A stretch of DNA of 53,644 nucleotides, counting the filler, from Sphacelaria rigidula (taxonomy: Eukaryota): NCBI GenBank assembly GCA_964200075.2. It is 5 parts of 5 records of this genome, joined end to end, with 100 filler letters (N's around TTAATTAATTAA, not from the genome) between each part and the next. Parts side by side here need not be neighbours in the genome. Positions count along the whole stretch, not along the records: positions 1 to 10,650 come from CAXNAA020006145.1; positions 10,751 to 21,400 come from CAXNAA020006146.1; 3 more parts are not named here. The stretch is one strand, 5' to 3'. The first letter of the stretch is position 1; every line of letters begins with the position of its first letter. A program made the translations under genes and the position numbers. The notes beneath the pieces are model-generated. The model saw only the letters and a program-made list of their open reading frames with translations. It was not told the DNA's origin and searched no databases. This document shows positions 1 to 14,249 of the stretch, one piece after another.

Positions 1-79
1 GGGCTTTCTTTTTTTTTGCTTGCGTGGGGCTTTGCGCCCTGGCCCCCCCTCCCTTTGCGGGGGGGGCTGGGGTGGGGGG

Positions 80-150
80 GGGGGGGCACTTGTTTGTTGC
101 TTGCCTTAATTATTCGATCATTGACCAAGTATTCCTTTCGAGACGGAGCA
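80..150 (-). repeat. 3' end of a non-LTR (LINE-like) repeat family
   Basis: Reverse complement gctccgtctcgaaaggaatacttggtcaatgatcgaataattaaggcaagcaacaaa matches 32090-32149 (gctccgtctcgaaagggatgcgtggtcaatggtcaaatgactaaggcaagcaacaaatga) and is followed by a poly-C tract. Confidence 0.65.
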
Positions 151-279
151 CGGCGGCGGGGGGGGGCGGGTCATATTGCGACACATCAGGGTTGGGAATG
201 AGACGAGAGAGTCTTCAAGGACACCAACACCAGCAATGTTATCATGGCTTACTGTTGATAATCCCAAGCAAGAGGCGTT

Positions 280-3200
280 CATCCACCGATTCTACTGTTT
301 CCTAAAGAGTTGAAACCGCTCCTCTCGTGGATACTACAAATATTTGTCCCCCATAAATGCCTTTTGTGGTGGTTCAATCGGGGCCAATATTGACCCGACG
401 GACGGGCTTGGCGGATGGAGCTCCTTCGAAAAGACTTGCTGTGCTCTCTTGCTTGGCAGTGTTCCAGCGCTCTTGTCTCATTTTTCGCACCCCCAGCTAC
501 AACCGTCGTCGGACTAGAAGGGGTGGCACCAGATCTAAAGTAAACCCATTTCTCTCTACAAGGACGGAATCGCCTGCTACCCACCCCCATGGCGCTAGAC
601 CTCATCGTGGAACAGTATCATCAGCGGGCGTTCAACACCGCCTGCCGCTACGCTGTAGGTCAACAGTTCCTCTTTGCAAGCGCCATTCCCAAATGACAAC
701 GTACCGTGAGTCCCGTAGGTCCCGATTCCTGCATAATGTATATTTGTTCAACCAGAGCAGTGGCTCGCGTGCTCTCATGGGTTCATCTGAGGGGGTTACG
801 CACTCGAGAAGCTGATACAGCATATTGCGAAAGGGCTTAGTATATTCACGAAGGTTTCGGACTACGCAGGAACGCATCATGTTCCAATTCATCCCGCGCA
901 GTCTTCAGTGGAGCCCCATGTTTTGAGCCAAATTTAATTGTTGAAAAATCGGGGCCTACTCTAGTTTCTTGTCCACATCTTCCAACTAGAGTATACCAAC
1001 GTTTTCGGAGAGGTTGCATGTAGGTTCTGGGCAGAATATAGTCAATATGGATACGATGGCAGCAACAGCAACGCCCAGACAAACGACAGCAGCCCAACAT
1101 AGAGTACATGGTTGTTGTCTCAACGGTTCTTGAAATTTCCGCGGTTGGTCTCGTGTGTCGAAGTGTATGTTGCGCTGCAAAACAAGCTTGCGGAGATGGA
1201 TCAGGGGATCGTGGGAACCGTACTGATTCTTGTAAATACGGAGAAAAAAGGTTGGATTCTGTGTTTGAAAGAATCGAGCTTTTGTGCAGAAGCGGGTACA
1301 ATTTCCCAGATCTGGATTGCGGTTGAAGTAAAGTCATATCGGAATAAATGTGTTGTGACCGTGTGGGGGAGCCAGTTGGGGGTCTCTCTGGGTAGGAAGC
1401 AGTCAGGATACAAGGGCAAGTGCAAGCACGACTGAGCGACAGTAGCGGGGTGTGGAGTAAGCTCGAGGTGTGTAAGTTACGGGATACGGGCGTCGCGACT
1501 GTCAGCGAGTAACAACATCTCGAATCGCTGCCGTAGCCCGTGCGTCCCAAGTGTTTTCTGGCGGTTTTCATTAAAAAAATATCTGTAAAATGCCTATATT
1601 TTACGATTCGGCACCGACTTTGTACTTGACAATGAGCTTGGCGGGTTGTGCCACCTGAGAAAAATATGCTTCATTTTTTCAAGGATCCAGCGCAGTTTGC
1701 CGATCTGCAGTTTAGCACCGGCAGTTTGACTCTTGGCAGGACTAGCAATTCCCTGTACAAAAAAAAAAAAAACATTGAGTCATCGAAAAAGCATATACAA
1801 AAATCATGGAAATATGCTGATATTTTCGGGGGTGTACAAGGAATCGCCAGACCGGTCATGATTTAAACGAGTCGTGCGAACATGCCAAGGTCTCGGAGGG
1901 TACGATAGGCCTCGACAAGGTGGCACAATCCTCCCAGCTCCTTTTTAGCCATTCAACCCCACAAGCAGGGCCGAATCGCCAGCATGCGCATCTTTTTCAA
2001 GAGACAATTGTCACAAACGTAAGGGGGCTGCATTAGACCGCCGGCAGAGGGACATTCGAGGCAAACTTCTATGCGCAGCCATCTGGGCCGAACAAGTATT
2101 ATTCTGGATGACCGGATTACCTGCGGTTACATTGCCTCACCGAATGTTAGGGGGGGGGTTGTTCATATCACTGAGATTGACGTCATCTGCGAGTTCTACT
2201 TTAAAAACTTTCGGCAATCTGGGCTCGAGATCACCTGGCACATTCGGGTGAGGTGTTCGGTGCTTCTTTTACGGTTACAGACTGGACTTCTGTGCTAGTA
2301 TCGCGGGTCATTCGACTTGACACATCTTTGTACAGCAAAAAAAAGCCCTTTCATGCAAGCCATGTTTTGCCCAGATCGGGGACATTCAGACAAATCTGGT
2401 CTCGCCCAAAACAGCATGGCGATTGTCTAAGGAGAAGAGCCGTCAAATGTGACCGCCACGTTTATATCCGCCATTTTAGCACCATACGGTGCTGCTTACT
2501 TGCACTTGTATCATCTCTGAGCATGAGTCATGCTATACTTTTTCTGGGAATCGAACAGAGCTTGTAGTATCGACGTGAAACAAGCCGCTCCAGCTTTCCT
2601 GGCCTGGCTTCGCCCAGAGGGTTATCGTGTATGCCGTTCTTTAGAACAGAGCTTGGTCACACACATCATACACGGTCGTCGGCACTTTCCAACATGGTAT
2701 CTTGAAATTTCGAATGTATGCAATGGTGACGCGGCCAAACATTCAACGTCGGCAACGACGAAAAGCCCACATGAAGGTGGTCAAAGTGATAACAGTATCG
2801 GAAATATCAACTTCATCGAGATATAACCCGAACTCCCATCACTGAAATTTGTTTTTCGATAGAAGTTGTTGCGCGGAAAAGTCGGTCTGACGAACACAAG
2901 ATTTGATGAGAACACTAAGGTGATCAAACATGGAGTGACACGTTGTGCGGTGAAGCAGAGGACCTTTTGAACGCAAAGCAGATCCATCGACATCCCCCGA
3001 ATGTCAATGGACCGACTTTCGTCCAGGAGTGGTGTCTCGGGCAAAACCGAATCTCGCAAGCAAGAGGGCCTACTTTTTGGACAGGAAAGCAGGCCACTTG
3101 GAGTCAACGTATGGCTGAACTACCCGTGACAAGTGATATCCGTGTACGGTTGTTCTCACGATAAAGAGCAACCTCACAATGTTCCGAGGATGAACTCTTT

Positions 3201-6200
3201 GACGGCCAGGAAGGGTTGCCTAGGTCTTTTTTGTTATTACATGCATACTCCGAGGGGATTAATTCTCATCAACGAGCTGACCCACCCAGGTCGTGAAATT
3301 TTCAACCCTTCGACCGCGATGGCCGTCCATCTGGACCATGCATACTTTTTTCAAGTGAAATTGATGTTGATGTAACGGATCACCTACTCTCGCTGTCCAA
3401 GGGTTGACGTAACCCCTTGACTACTTCGACAGCCAGGGTGGTGATTTGTTGTTTGAGAACCATCTTCACTAAAATATACTCACGATACCCTGTTGCCCCA
3501 ACGTAGCGGTCAAACGGTGGACGGTTACGGACGCGAAGCAGTATATTCAAGTCGATCTCTTTTGAATGCACCTAGTTGGTACTACGGCTTTAGATCGGCA
3601 ACGAGCTTAAACTGTTTCAACATGAAGGTTTTGAGATGACTACCGCGGGAGCAGTCGTTGACTCAACCCATTGACCGCGAGGATAGGTCATGTGGTTATG
3701 CAGTAGCTCTTCCAAAGGATATTGATACTCATTCAACTCATGAACTATGCTCGCCACCCGAATGGTTCTCGATACCTGTACATGAAGTGGGTGCATACGG
3801 CATCCGGGAACTCGAATAACGGACTTCGTGTATTCACGATGATCATCAGAGGGTAGGTCTTCTACCGAGTCAACATCAGTTTGACTCGAAAAATGTGATG
3901 CAAGGCTAAAACATCAGCCCTGGCTGCCAAACATTGAATGTGAGGCAGTCTGTTCGAGTCAAGACCGTCTACTAGTGTCCGCATTTTTTTTACTGCGTGT
4001 TCAATGAAGACCGCAACCTCTACGCGATGAAAAAATGGTAGAATTTTGCATTTGGGTTTCGGTGGGATGACGAAACTTCTTCTCAGCTAAAGCTTAGCAA
4101 GCACTGAGTAGTATAAGTCCTCTAAGCGGCTTCAGCCATCCCGAGGACTTCAGAGTAAGGGAAGAAGTGAAAATACCCACCGAGAGAGGTGATATCACTG
4201 TTTGACCCCACCCACGCTGCTTACAAGGAGAAGAAATGACTCGAAAATACTGGCGGAGGGGGACCTTCGAAATATCTGAAACCTTGTCTCGCCAGCGTGA
4301 TCATACTGGCATCGTACTCTTGGTGAAAATGCTATTTGAACGGAGAGCCCCACCCTGGGAGTGTGGTTAGTCATCCGGGCGTCAAGACATCTTTCAAGTC
4401 AAGGTTGTACGGATTCAAATATATGACCAACCTACAGGTAAAAGGGTAGCCGAACAGCGCTCCCCACAGCGCAAGCTTGAGCTACGCGTAGAGCTGGGTA
4501 TTACCTGTATTAGGTTTACCCCTTAGCTTTGTCCCTTGACGGCCAGGTTGGAGCGACCATGTAGGTCTTGCAAACGTTCAAGTAAAACAATTCAACAAAC
4601 GACCCACGCTGGCGGTCGAGCCCAACCCTTAATGTATGCCACATGGGAACAGACAAGCGTAGAAAGTATAACCCGAATGTATCTCATGTCCCTGTCGAGC
4701 ATAACATATTAAAATACACATATCCGGTACAGGACCCCTTTTATTTTGATGTTGCGATTGCACGCTTGGAGTTGATCAGAAAGCGACACGGTGCCCAAGA
4801 GAACGGCGACAGCTGGTGTGACATTCTTTCGAAGCCATCATCCGCGTAGGCACTCTCAAGAATTCAGTCCGTGTGCAAACTCGAAGAGACCGCGCGCGTA
4901 GGGGAGAAACGGGGAGACGGGATGGGACGCATGGGGTGCTACAGGCATGGTTCTTTGTGTGGGTCATGAGGGACGTGTGACACCCACATCCGAAAGGGTC
5001 AGAACGGAGGTTTTCCAGTGAACGGCCAGTCGTTGGCCAAGTGTCTTCTTGTTACACTACTGTACTGTGTGCACATGTCCTGTGATGTTTTGCATACGAG
5101 TTTCATCTAATTCAAGCGGGGTGCAAGGAAAGCATTAGTTTATCATACATCGGGTCCAGCAGCCGCAGCAGCTGAGGGCCTTTCCTTGCCCCCTGAGTTG
5201 CTTTGTTTCTTGCTCCTTTCCAATACGTCATCATATTGTGGCATATGTCCCTTCCGAGGTTTCATTTTCCTTGTGGGGGCACTGTGGGTTTCAACCAGAA
5301 TTGTCCATACACGAATTCATACAACATTTGCCTCACCCCCGAGTACATTTTTACAGACTGTGAAAAGAGAACCTCAAATTATATGAATGGAGAAAAGACC
5401 GTGTCATTCCAATCAAACACGTACACGTCGCCACTTCGCCGTCAAGTATGAAGCCAAACCAAGTGCACAGTAGAAGCACAGCTACTCGACCCCAACAATC
5501 ACTCGCCAAACTCCAGGGCATCCCTCCACTCACTTGGAAAACACGCGTTTGCGAGGCTGTCCATCTTCTCCGTCCGAATCGATACCGTCTTCGCTCCCTT
5601 TTTCCGACGAGTTGCGTTTCTTTGAAAGCCCACCCCCATGTACCAGGTGCCATCCTGGCGGTTGCTGCTGATTGTCGGTGTCCCTTTGAGCGGGTGGTCC
5701 CATGTTGTTGGGGTCCAGCGAGGCCATGAGGTTATCGTGAAGCTGAGTCTCCAGGACGTTAAGCTGCTCCAGTTTAAGCGTCTGCTCCTCAATGAGCCTG
5801 ACCGCCTTTGGGGTTTCTGCTCAATTGTTCCGTCCATATTTCATGCGCACCACACCATCGTTGTGGCGAATATTTTGTGGGAAGCAAGGTCGGGCATGCA
5901 AGCAAGGGCGGCGAGGCAAGCACGCACAGTCAAATAATATGAGCGGATGCGAAGCATAGAGCGTTGGAAGTCTGGCTTTGTTTCTGCTCCAGTTGTACAA
6001 CAAGGAAGCACGTCAAGTTAACGATGAAAGGAAGTCCATTCGGTTCGGAGAGCACTTGAGTGCCTCACAGCGCGCCCGTCGCCGGTAGCCCATGGCAACG
6101 TAATCACCGGCAAAGCCGAAGGTCAGCAGGGCACGCTTCCGTTAGCATCATGTCCAGTAACATGGGAGAATTTTCTCTTGTATGGAGTCCAGTCACTAAA

Positions 6201-6300
6201 GCTAGTGTAAACTTCGGACACTCTAGCGGTCATCTTTCGCTTTTGTCCAGAAGATTGTGCCGGGGGGGAAGGGGGGGGAGGGGACGGGGGGGGCTCTAAC
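280..6300 (-). pseudogene. Long decayed intronless coding remnant of an unidentified mobile or viral element
   Basis: Successive protein-like minus-strand segments broken by stops and frameshifts, e.g. RLIEEQTLKLEQLNVLETQLHDNL (~5800), HREYTKSVIRVPGCRMHPLHVQVSRTIRVASIVHELNEYQYPLEELLHNHMTYPRGQW (~3840-3670), RYININFT*KKYAWSRWTAIAVEGLKISRPGW (~3380), and Cys-rich segments at ~2060-1700. No family recognised. Confidence 0.35.
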
Positions 6301-8099
6301 GGGCTGTCCGACTTAGCGGTGGTAACAAAAACGGAGACTGTGTGGGGGGATGGATGCAGAAGAAATAGCGCACATAAAATCTCGACCGCAGTGGATGAGT
6401 AGGTCAGGTATGGTATGCTCAACGAGATGTTTAACGGCTCTTGATTCTTGGTTGGTGAACGAGAACAGGACGCTCGTTCCTCACAAGGGGTGCCCGGCCA
6501 AGGGGATGGAGAGAGGGGAAGCAAGGGACGGCAGGAGAATAATTATCGAGCAAAGGGCAGAACGTGTCACCCGACTTGCGGAAATGTGCATGTCATGTTC
6601 TCTTGACGCCAGTCCAAAACGCAGCAACCCACATAACTTCTTCCACGTTTCCACGCCGTGGAAGACAGCTTCCGACACGTGACCAACGGAACATAAACCT
6701 TTGACATGATGAGATGGGACACGGCGTCAAAAAAAGAAAAGAAAATACAGGAGACCAAAAATCGAACTATACCTTCCCACATGTGAATGCCTTGAAATTA
6801 CCAAGGAGTAAGCCTGACTTGGTAACACGAACCAGGAAGTGCAGAGACTACGGGGACACGGTGGTGTACAAAATTTCGTACACCGATGCCAAACGCTCGC
6901 GCTCGTGCCCCGCGTATAGTCATAAATAGTGCTTATTTTATGACACATACAGCCATTGTTGTGGAGCTACCGGCTAGGGGCAAATGGACACAGCTTTACA
7001 GGGAAAGCCGATCAACAGGAGCACTGTAGAACTTGGTTGTGAACGAAATATGTTCGACATTTATCCAAGAGCGCGTTTCACGCCCGACAAAACATGGTAT
7101 CACACCTGTATCCGTTCGTGTAACACTAGAATCCTGCCGTGCTGGCGAGCCACCTCCGCTTGGCACTTCGTTAGCGCCCTTCCTAGCGCTTTTCTCACCC
7201 TCCTCGCCCTGGATTCGAACGTGGGTGACATGCCATTCCTCGTTCAAAAAAATACTCGCGTATACATGGGTTCCAGTCAGTGGCATATCGAGGGCGGAAG
7301 AGAGCAAGTACGGTTGTACAGATAATGTTTTGCTTTGAGGCTCTGGGGAGCACCAGCTTCACCCGAAGAAGGCAGGGACGCACGCACGACAGGGCATTCT
7401 TGGTAGCTTGCTACTGAGGGACAGATGGGCAAGAACGAAGCGTGGAGAGTGAGGATTGTACGATGTCTCATCATCAACAGTGAAGCGTTTCTTTTGCTCT
7501 TTCACGAAGCGTTGGTTACTACTGCTTCTGTGCACACAGCGGTCGAGTCGTCGCCGAATTCTCGAAACAAGGAAACAAATCACAATAATCGTTAATGTGT
7601 CGCCAGCAGCTGACCCGCCCAAGACCGGATGCTCTCAGTTGATGACCGCACGCGGCGTGGAACCTTCACCGGCAGGTACACTGGCTTGGCAGCTACTTGT
7701 TTACATCGATCGACGGAGGAGGGGGGGAGGGGGAGCGCGAGGGAACAGCGTGAGCGCTAAGCGCCGAGTGCACAAGTACCAAGGCCGAAATAAAATTTTG
7801 TTGTCCTAGTGTGTGCTATTCCGAGCTCGCTAACCCGAGCGCTGACAACGAGAAAAATAAATACGGTCGCACCACGCCCCCCTCCCGCCCGCCGCAAGGG
7901 CACTACATCAGCCCCGGGCATGAACTACCAACGATCGCCTTCTGGATGGGATACTGCAACGAGACATACGCTGTAGTACGGCAAGCACGCAGCGTGAAGA
8001 GCAAAAATTGCAAAACTGCCTGTGGCGGCATCCAGGCTGACTAAACCGCAGCCTCCTGACAGCTTGTCCCCCTGCGGAAAAAGGTGCCGTCACCAGTAA

Positions 8100-9080
8100 A
8101 CACATTTTTGTCGGTTACTTCACCTTGGGCGTTGAGGAGGTCGCTGGGGCTGCCCTCCGGGTGCCAGCCGACGCGCCGCGGCTCTCAACAGCGGCTAGAT
8201 CTATTAGTACCCCAGCAGCTGATACGGACGCCTGCCGAAATTTAGCCAAGGCCTGTCCGCGAACACAACAACAACGCATGGCGGGTCTCAACACAGGCGG
8301 CAGACGCAGGTCAGTTGTCTCGTGCGTTTTTGTGCTGGCCCTGCCAACGAGCCAGGAAATCAAAATGCTGTCGGCGTAAAAACACAGCACGCGTTCTGTA
8401 GAGTTTGTAATAATATCCCCTTTCCCGTTGCCCCGCCCCGCCGCGCCGCGCCCGGCTGGTATATCCTCACTACGGATCCACCCCCAGATGCGTTCAATCT
8501 GCTCAACATGGCGCGGTTTCCACTAGTATCTCTGCTCAGAAGCCGAAACATTGCTGTGCAGCCTGCCAAGTGCCGAGCGATCAGCGGGGCATATGCGTTG
8601 ACCCCTCACCGCATCAATCGGAGACCCCGTCGTTCGAAATGAGTTATCTTTTAAGCGCGACGGCGCCGCCGCGCCATCGCTCGACGCCACCGAGGCGGCG
8701 GCGGGCGAAGTTGGTGTGTTCATGCTGCTCGAAAGCGGCTTGTTCTCGTCTGCAAATTGTGGGGGTTTTGGTTTCATAGAAAGGTGCGGACAGAGGGAGA
8801 CGTTGGGGTGCCGGGTTGTGGGTGGTGTGGCAAACGCACAGAAGTTGAGAAGGTATGTCAAATGAATTTGGTTGGAGACAACACGCCACCAGGGCCCTTT
8901 AGATGGAGTGTGTCACCTTCCACTTTTCAGCACTGCAGCGGGCCAGGAAGTGGACACGATCCATCAAAAACGGGCAGCGATCGATCCTACAAATCTTCGT
9001 AGATGTATCGTAGATCTTGGATTTGCTTCACTCCGATACCTGCATTGAAGATCCGAACTTTGGATCCAAGACTTTGATCA
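8100..9080 (-). mobile_element. Possible decayed hAT-like DNA transposon 5' portion with GATC-rich subterminal region
   Basis: GATC-dense block at 8955-9080 upstream of minus-strand fragments ARHLAGC (BED-finger-like end) and CFYADSI...LRP (resembles the hAT N-terminal FFYxxxIP...LRP region). Motif match is weak. Confidence 0.3.
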
Positions 9081-10650
9081 AGTGAAACTGTCAAACTGTC
9101 GGTGGTTCAACCGTTTAAAGTTTTCGCCACTGTTGGGGCTGCTTACTGCTGTCAAGTTGTGAAGTTGTGTCCGAAGGCAGAGCGGAATTTTGAAAATTGA
9201 CAGATGCCTGCCATATGGCCAGCTTCGGCTTGGGACACGCTTAAGTCTACTTGAATCGGTGGAGGCCGAGAGAGATACATGTAGGCGATGGATATTACTG
9301 CCTTCAAACATCACACCTCACGAAGTCCTCATAGTAAAGTTCTGTTATAGTCAACACTTTGCGCCTATTGATTTGCGGATGAACTTCTCAGTTTCTCGGC
9401 CTCGTCGGTAATTCGTGTTGCAAACACGAAACAGCGGTGTCTCTCAAGTCTGCCATGGTCCACCATACAGCACTGACTGTAATACAGATGTGTTGCTAAC
9501 AGCGTAAAGAGCCAACCCGGAATGTACGTGAAATTGAGAGGGGAGATTCGCAGGCACAAACTTTGCTCGGGCCTTTTTTCGAGATGTGGTCGAAGAAGGG
9601 CGTGTGAGATGATGATGGTGCAGTGATACCGCCCCACTCAAACGCCAACGACCCGTAGCTATTGGACTCAGAAACTTTCGTGTAGCGAGGGTGCAGGAGA
9701 GAAGCCTAACGCAGCCGTCCATTTAATGCGCTGTTTGTCAGCTGTTTACGTAGATTCTAGGGCACAATATATGACCAATCAAAAATCGTGGTAGCGATAT
9801 TGTACGCAATACCAAAAATGACCCTTAGAAACAATGTGCACCTGAACAGCAGGCGTTTTGGTTCCAGGGACAGTCACTTCATTTACTGGTTCCCTCACCA
9901 TTTGTTTTGGTTCTCGATCTATGGATCACCGCTGCTGTGTTTACCGTACACGCAAACAGATGTATTTGTACATGCACACAATGCTCTGCGTCCACTGTAC
10001 AGTGCAGAGATGTAAGCAGCTACTTCTCGTGTGAAGTCACGACGAATACCGCTTCATTATGTTGTTTACAGAGATCGAACACGATGAGCATACAAAGTCC
10101 ACGTGACCTCCACATTCATTATCATGTTGACAACTCGAAGATCTTTGCATTTACGTCGCGTCCTCGCACGGTTCCAGTCGCGTATACCATGCAGCTGCTC
10201 CAGCCTTGCTTGGATGGTTTGTTATTACCATGTGAAGTAACCAATGCATATTCCATTCTGTTTGTTTTGAGTGTGAAACGTAGTACTTCTGCCGCTTTCT
10301 CCCATTTCGACTGCTTGTGACTCGCGGTGTGCGGAAGCAGAGCTGGGTCGATGCACTGTAGGGTGGTAGGGTAAACCCAGTACTACAACAGCCATGGATA
10401 CCTGGGCCGCCGGCCAGGCAAGTGCTTGCTACATGTTGAGCATTTTATACGCATCACCCCAGGCTAGGGGTTGGATACAGTTCATGAAATATTCCACACT
10501 TGTTAGACCGACTCTAATGAGAGCCGTTCAAAATTTCTGTTCAAAACTGCCTTTTTGGCCCTTCTTCGTCGTTTTTACGCCTAACAATGTTTTCGTGAGA
10601 CTGAGAGTAGAGGATACGATTGAGAGTGAAAAGCGGTCAATTAGTGAATG

Positions 10651-10750
10651 NNNNNNNNNNNNNNNNNNNNNNNNNNNNNNNNNNNNNNNNNNNNTTAATT
10701 AATTAANNNNNNNNNNNNNNNNNNNNNNNNNNNNNNNNNNNNNNNNNNNN
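10651..10750. other. Artificial contig linker N44-TTAATTAATTAA-N44
   Basis: Identical 100-bp spacer carrying a six-frame stop 12-mer; recurs four times in the window. Confidence 0.97.
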
Positions 10751-12665
10751 TATCTCCTCCACACTTTCTCGACTTCTCTATCTCACCTTACTCCAGCCTG
10801 CCCTATCGGCACAGCACCCACACATGGGGATAATTTTGTAGTAAATTAGATTATTTGCGCGAAGCGCGGTCATGTCCGAGCGTTTAAGATCGGCACCCTG
10901 CACAGACTGAGGGCCCGTTTATAATCAGCCGAAGAACAAAAACATGAAACATGTCTTGTTGAGATTGCTTGATGTGCTGTATTGTTGTGTTCGTATGTCT
11001 GTAATCTTTAGTATCAGTCGGGACGCAGTGCTGTCTACACCTTCGACTGTTGAAAACTTCATGTTACCGGGACCCATCACTCGCGCGACACCGAACATGG
11101 CTGGGTAAAGGCACACAACCAGCACCAGCATACACAGCTCAACCGGCTGGGCCAGACCCCATGCTGCAATGAAAGGAGCAACGCACAGCACAGTGGTGCG
11201 GATATAGTGCACCGCCAGGGTACTGGTTGCACCCGTCAGCATGAGGGCTGCTGCCGGTGGCATCGGCCCCAGCGCTCGACGCCACGAGAAGACACAACCA
11301 GCCATACGAGTAGCAAGATGGTGATATACTGATACACAAGCGTCGCAATGACCCACTGCGGCGGCAATATTCCACTTGCTGTATGCTTGTCTGCGTGCAG
11401 TTCTGTTCCTCTGCTGCTGTTCTTTCCATCTCGGCGTACACTACACATGTGACTTGGGCCTGCGAGCCAATCACAAGCATTTTTCACTACATAATTCACT
11501 ACGAAGATCGCATTTTATTGGCGCTAGATTCCGCCGATTCCTCACTGGAGGGCCCGTGATTGGTTGAATTTCACATTTCACTACAAAAATTGTATCCCCA
11601 TGTATGGGCGTTGTGCCGCTTTCCTTCCATACAGCCCCATCAACTATAGCTGGCAACCTCCCTCTCTGTATGTTCTTTACGCTGTACTGCCATCACAATT
11701 TTCTCATGCCTCTGGGCTCAAGCAACGTACTCTTCGCCTTGCCTTAGCAGTGTCAGTATCTTCAAGGCATGTTAGCGCACCTCCTGCATGTTCTTCATGT
11801 TACACCGCCGCACGTCCCATCATTTCAACTACCGTACTCTCAGAGAGGTACCCCGCTGCTCCTGTACAGGGTGCCGCACAGACGGGCTTTTTCCGCCAGC
11901 GGCTAGACGCAACAGGCACTTCAGAGGTACAGTGGCCTTGTCTCCGCTTTGCACAGTGCGCAGCACACACTAATGGGTGAGTCTTTTACCCAGCGTTACA
12001 CGACGACAGAACGCAGCTCTCGTGACATAAGACGGGATGCTCAGGTGGTCGACGTTGTGCAGAGAGCAGAAAACACCCAGATTTTTTGCGGGTGTCCATG
12101 GTTGATGGTCGAATGGTGAAATCCGGCCCCACTGTGACGTGATTTACTCATTTATTTCGGGAGATTCGTTTGTTTCAATGATTCCACCGCCCCGTCCCTC
12201 TTCCGGCCTCTTGTCTGACCAAGAAGTATATTGGAAAGACGTGTGATTGACCTGGGAAGCATTCGCTGACGATTGGGGAACCCGCCTGCTTCACCCCCTG
12301 ATGAAGATGAAAACCCTTGGATTATTTGCCGGTGAAACTATTCAGAACTGATACTGGACTTCAAAGGGTTAGTTGTTACGTATCATATAGTGTCGCACGG
12401 TTATGTGTGTGTGTGTGTGTACTCGACAGCACGAGAAAAAAAGTTATGAGGGCACGGGTGGAAGGAGGAGGTACTCGCTACAGGCTTTCGTTCGTTGGTG
12501 AAAGTATATTTGCCAATAAGTCTTTTCGCGTGTTTGCGGCTGATACTAACTGCATCCAACATGAATTCGGCTGCTTGTTTCGACGCTCAAGCATCAGCTC
12601 CGTCATAGTTACAAGTCCCCCCCCCCCTCCCCCCCGACTGTGAGGATGGCACGTGAAATCCGCAC

Positions 12666-14217
12666 CTTACAAGATTTCCCGAGTTCCTTGGTCGGAAAAT
12701 TGACGTACTTGAGTGCTTCTATGGAGCACACCATGGCGCCGATGTAGGCGAATCCTGCGGTTCCGAACAACCCCTGTGGCATCTGCAGCACGAATCACAC
12801 GCCGTGCACCAAAGGGGCAGAGGACGAGGGGGGTTACGGTCACACGAATTTCGGCTTCGGGCGCGGCAGAAGAAAAACCCGGTTGATTGAGCTGGGGTTG
12901 CGATTACACGTCTATACCGTTGGGATCCACTCGGGCCTCATAAGGCCACTGCGCTACGCCCAGAAGTCGAGCACTGCAGGGGGAGAGAGTGATGACACCA
13001 AGAGTGGCTAGGGTTTGGGTGAGGAACACGATTCCAGATGACGGAGCACATGACACACTCTCGCATCCAGTATGTATGCAAAACCTCACAACATGAGGTC
13101 AGGGCGAGAAACCAACCGCTCGGAAAACACCCGAAATACCCTACCGTTCGTTAGCGCACCGCTTGTATGCTGCATCCACACGTATACTGTGTCGTCACTC
13201 TTCGCGGATAGAACAAAGAACAAAAACAGGAAAACTCGCCGGTTTGTCTTTTCACAGGGTTCTGAGAGCAATGCACTCACCACATCTCCGGATCTGCCGT
13301 ACAAAGCCATGGCCATGTAGGCAAAGGCGACGTTAACAACACACTGGACCCACAGCAGGAATAACGTCGACGAAAACCTGACGAAACAACGTGACGGAAG
13401 GGAGACATCGAAGAATAGAAATTGAACACTTGTAGAGAGACCCGGGGAAAGCGAAACATGAAACGGACAACTTCACCGGTAGCCCGATATTTTTTCTCGA
13501 GAAGGTGTGCATGTTTCCCCGCCTCATACCGCCATGCACATCAAAGCGCCCGTCGACCGAAGCCCGCCTCACCCTAGTTAGGCTAGTTTTCCACGGGTAC
13601 ATCGTGTTTCGCCTTTTCACCTTTTTAATACCTTTGGTGACCTGTTTTACTTATCTTTTCTAGGCGGGTGCGGACAGCATACAGTACTCCATGTGCATTC
13701 CGTGCGTGCGCAACGCAAACCTCCAGCAACATCAACCATGGTACACGCAAAAACCGATTCGTTGCCGGCTTACGTACCACTTCCCAAACACAGCAAGCAA
13801 ACCCTGTGTGCCCTTTCGGGAGTAAGGTTATGGGGCGATCTTTTCACGGCGCCAACCAACTAGTCGGCATTTGCAGGGGGAACATCCGGCGATTTTGTGT
13901 TTTCTCGGGTCCTGTCGGACCCGCTGAAAACGGGAAGGAAAAAATAATTATAAAATTTCGTTTATCCAAAGTTGCGGAGTGACCCGTAGCACATTTGAGC
14001 ACAATTTCAGGATCTTACGCCTGAAAATGGGGTCAACATTTGCACACTCAGCCAGAACGCGTGTGATACAACTGTACATCTGACCAAGGCGTCGAGTTAT
14101 ATGATTAGAATATCGACGAACGTCGGAAGTTGCCCGTGGAAAAAAAACACACGAATATTTCTAGTAAGCCGCGGTAGCTGATTCTTGGAAATATCATCAC
14201 CTTCAATACGGTCTAGA

Positions 14218-14249
<32 letters not shown>

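Noticed and set aside
4837-4848. YADD reverse transcriptase motif on the minus strand
   Set aside because: Flanking RT motifs (QG.PLSP, correctly spaced L.IN..K) are not convincingly present; kept only as a hint.
10695-10706. TTAATTAATTAA recurring every ~10.75 kb as a periodic regulatory or repeat signal
   Set aside because: Always centred in N runs of identical length; it is a synthetic six-frame-stop linker.
11140-11230. Ankyrin-like peptide TGWARPHAAMKG on the plus strand
   Set aside because: Single weak match with an in-frame stop shortly after; no tandem ankyrin repeats.
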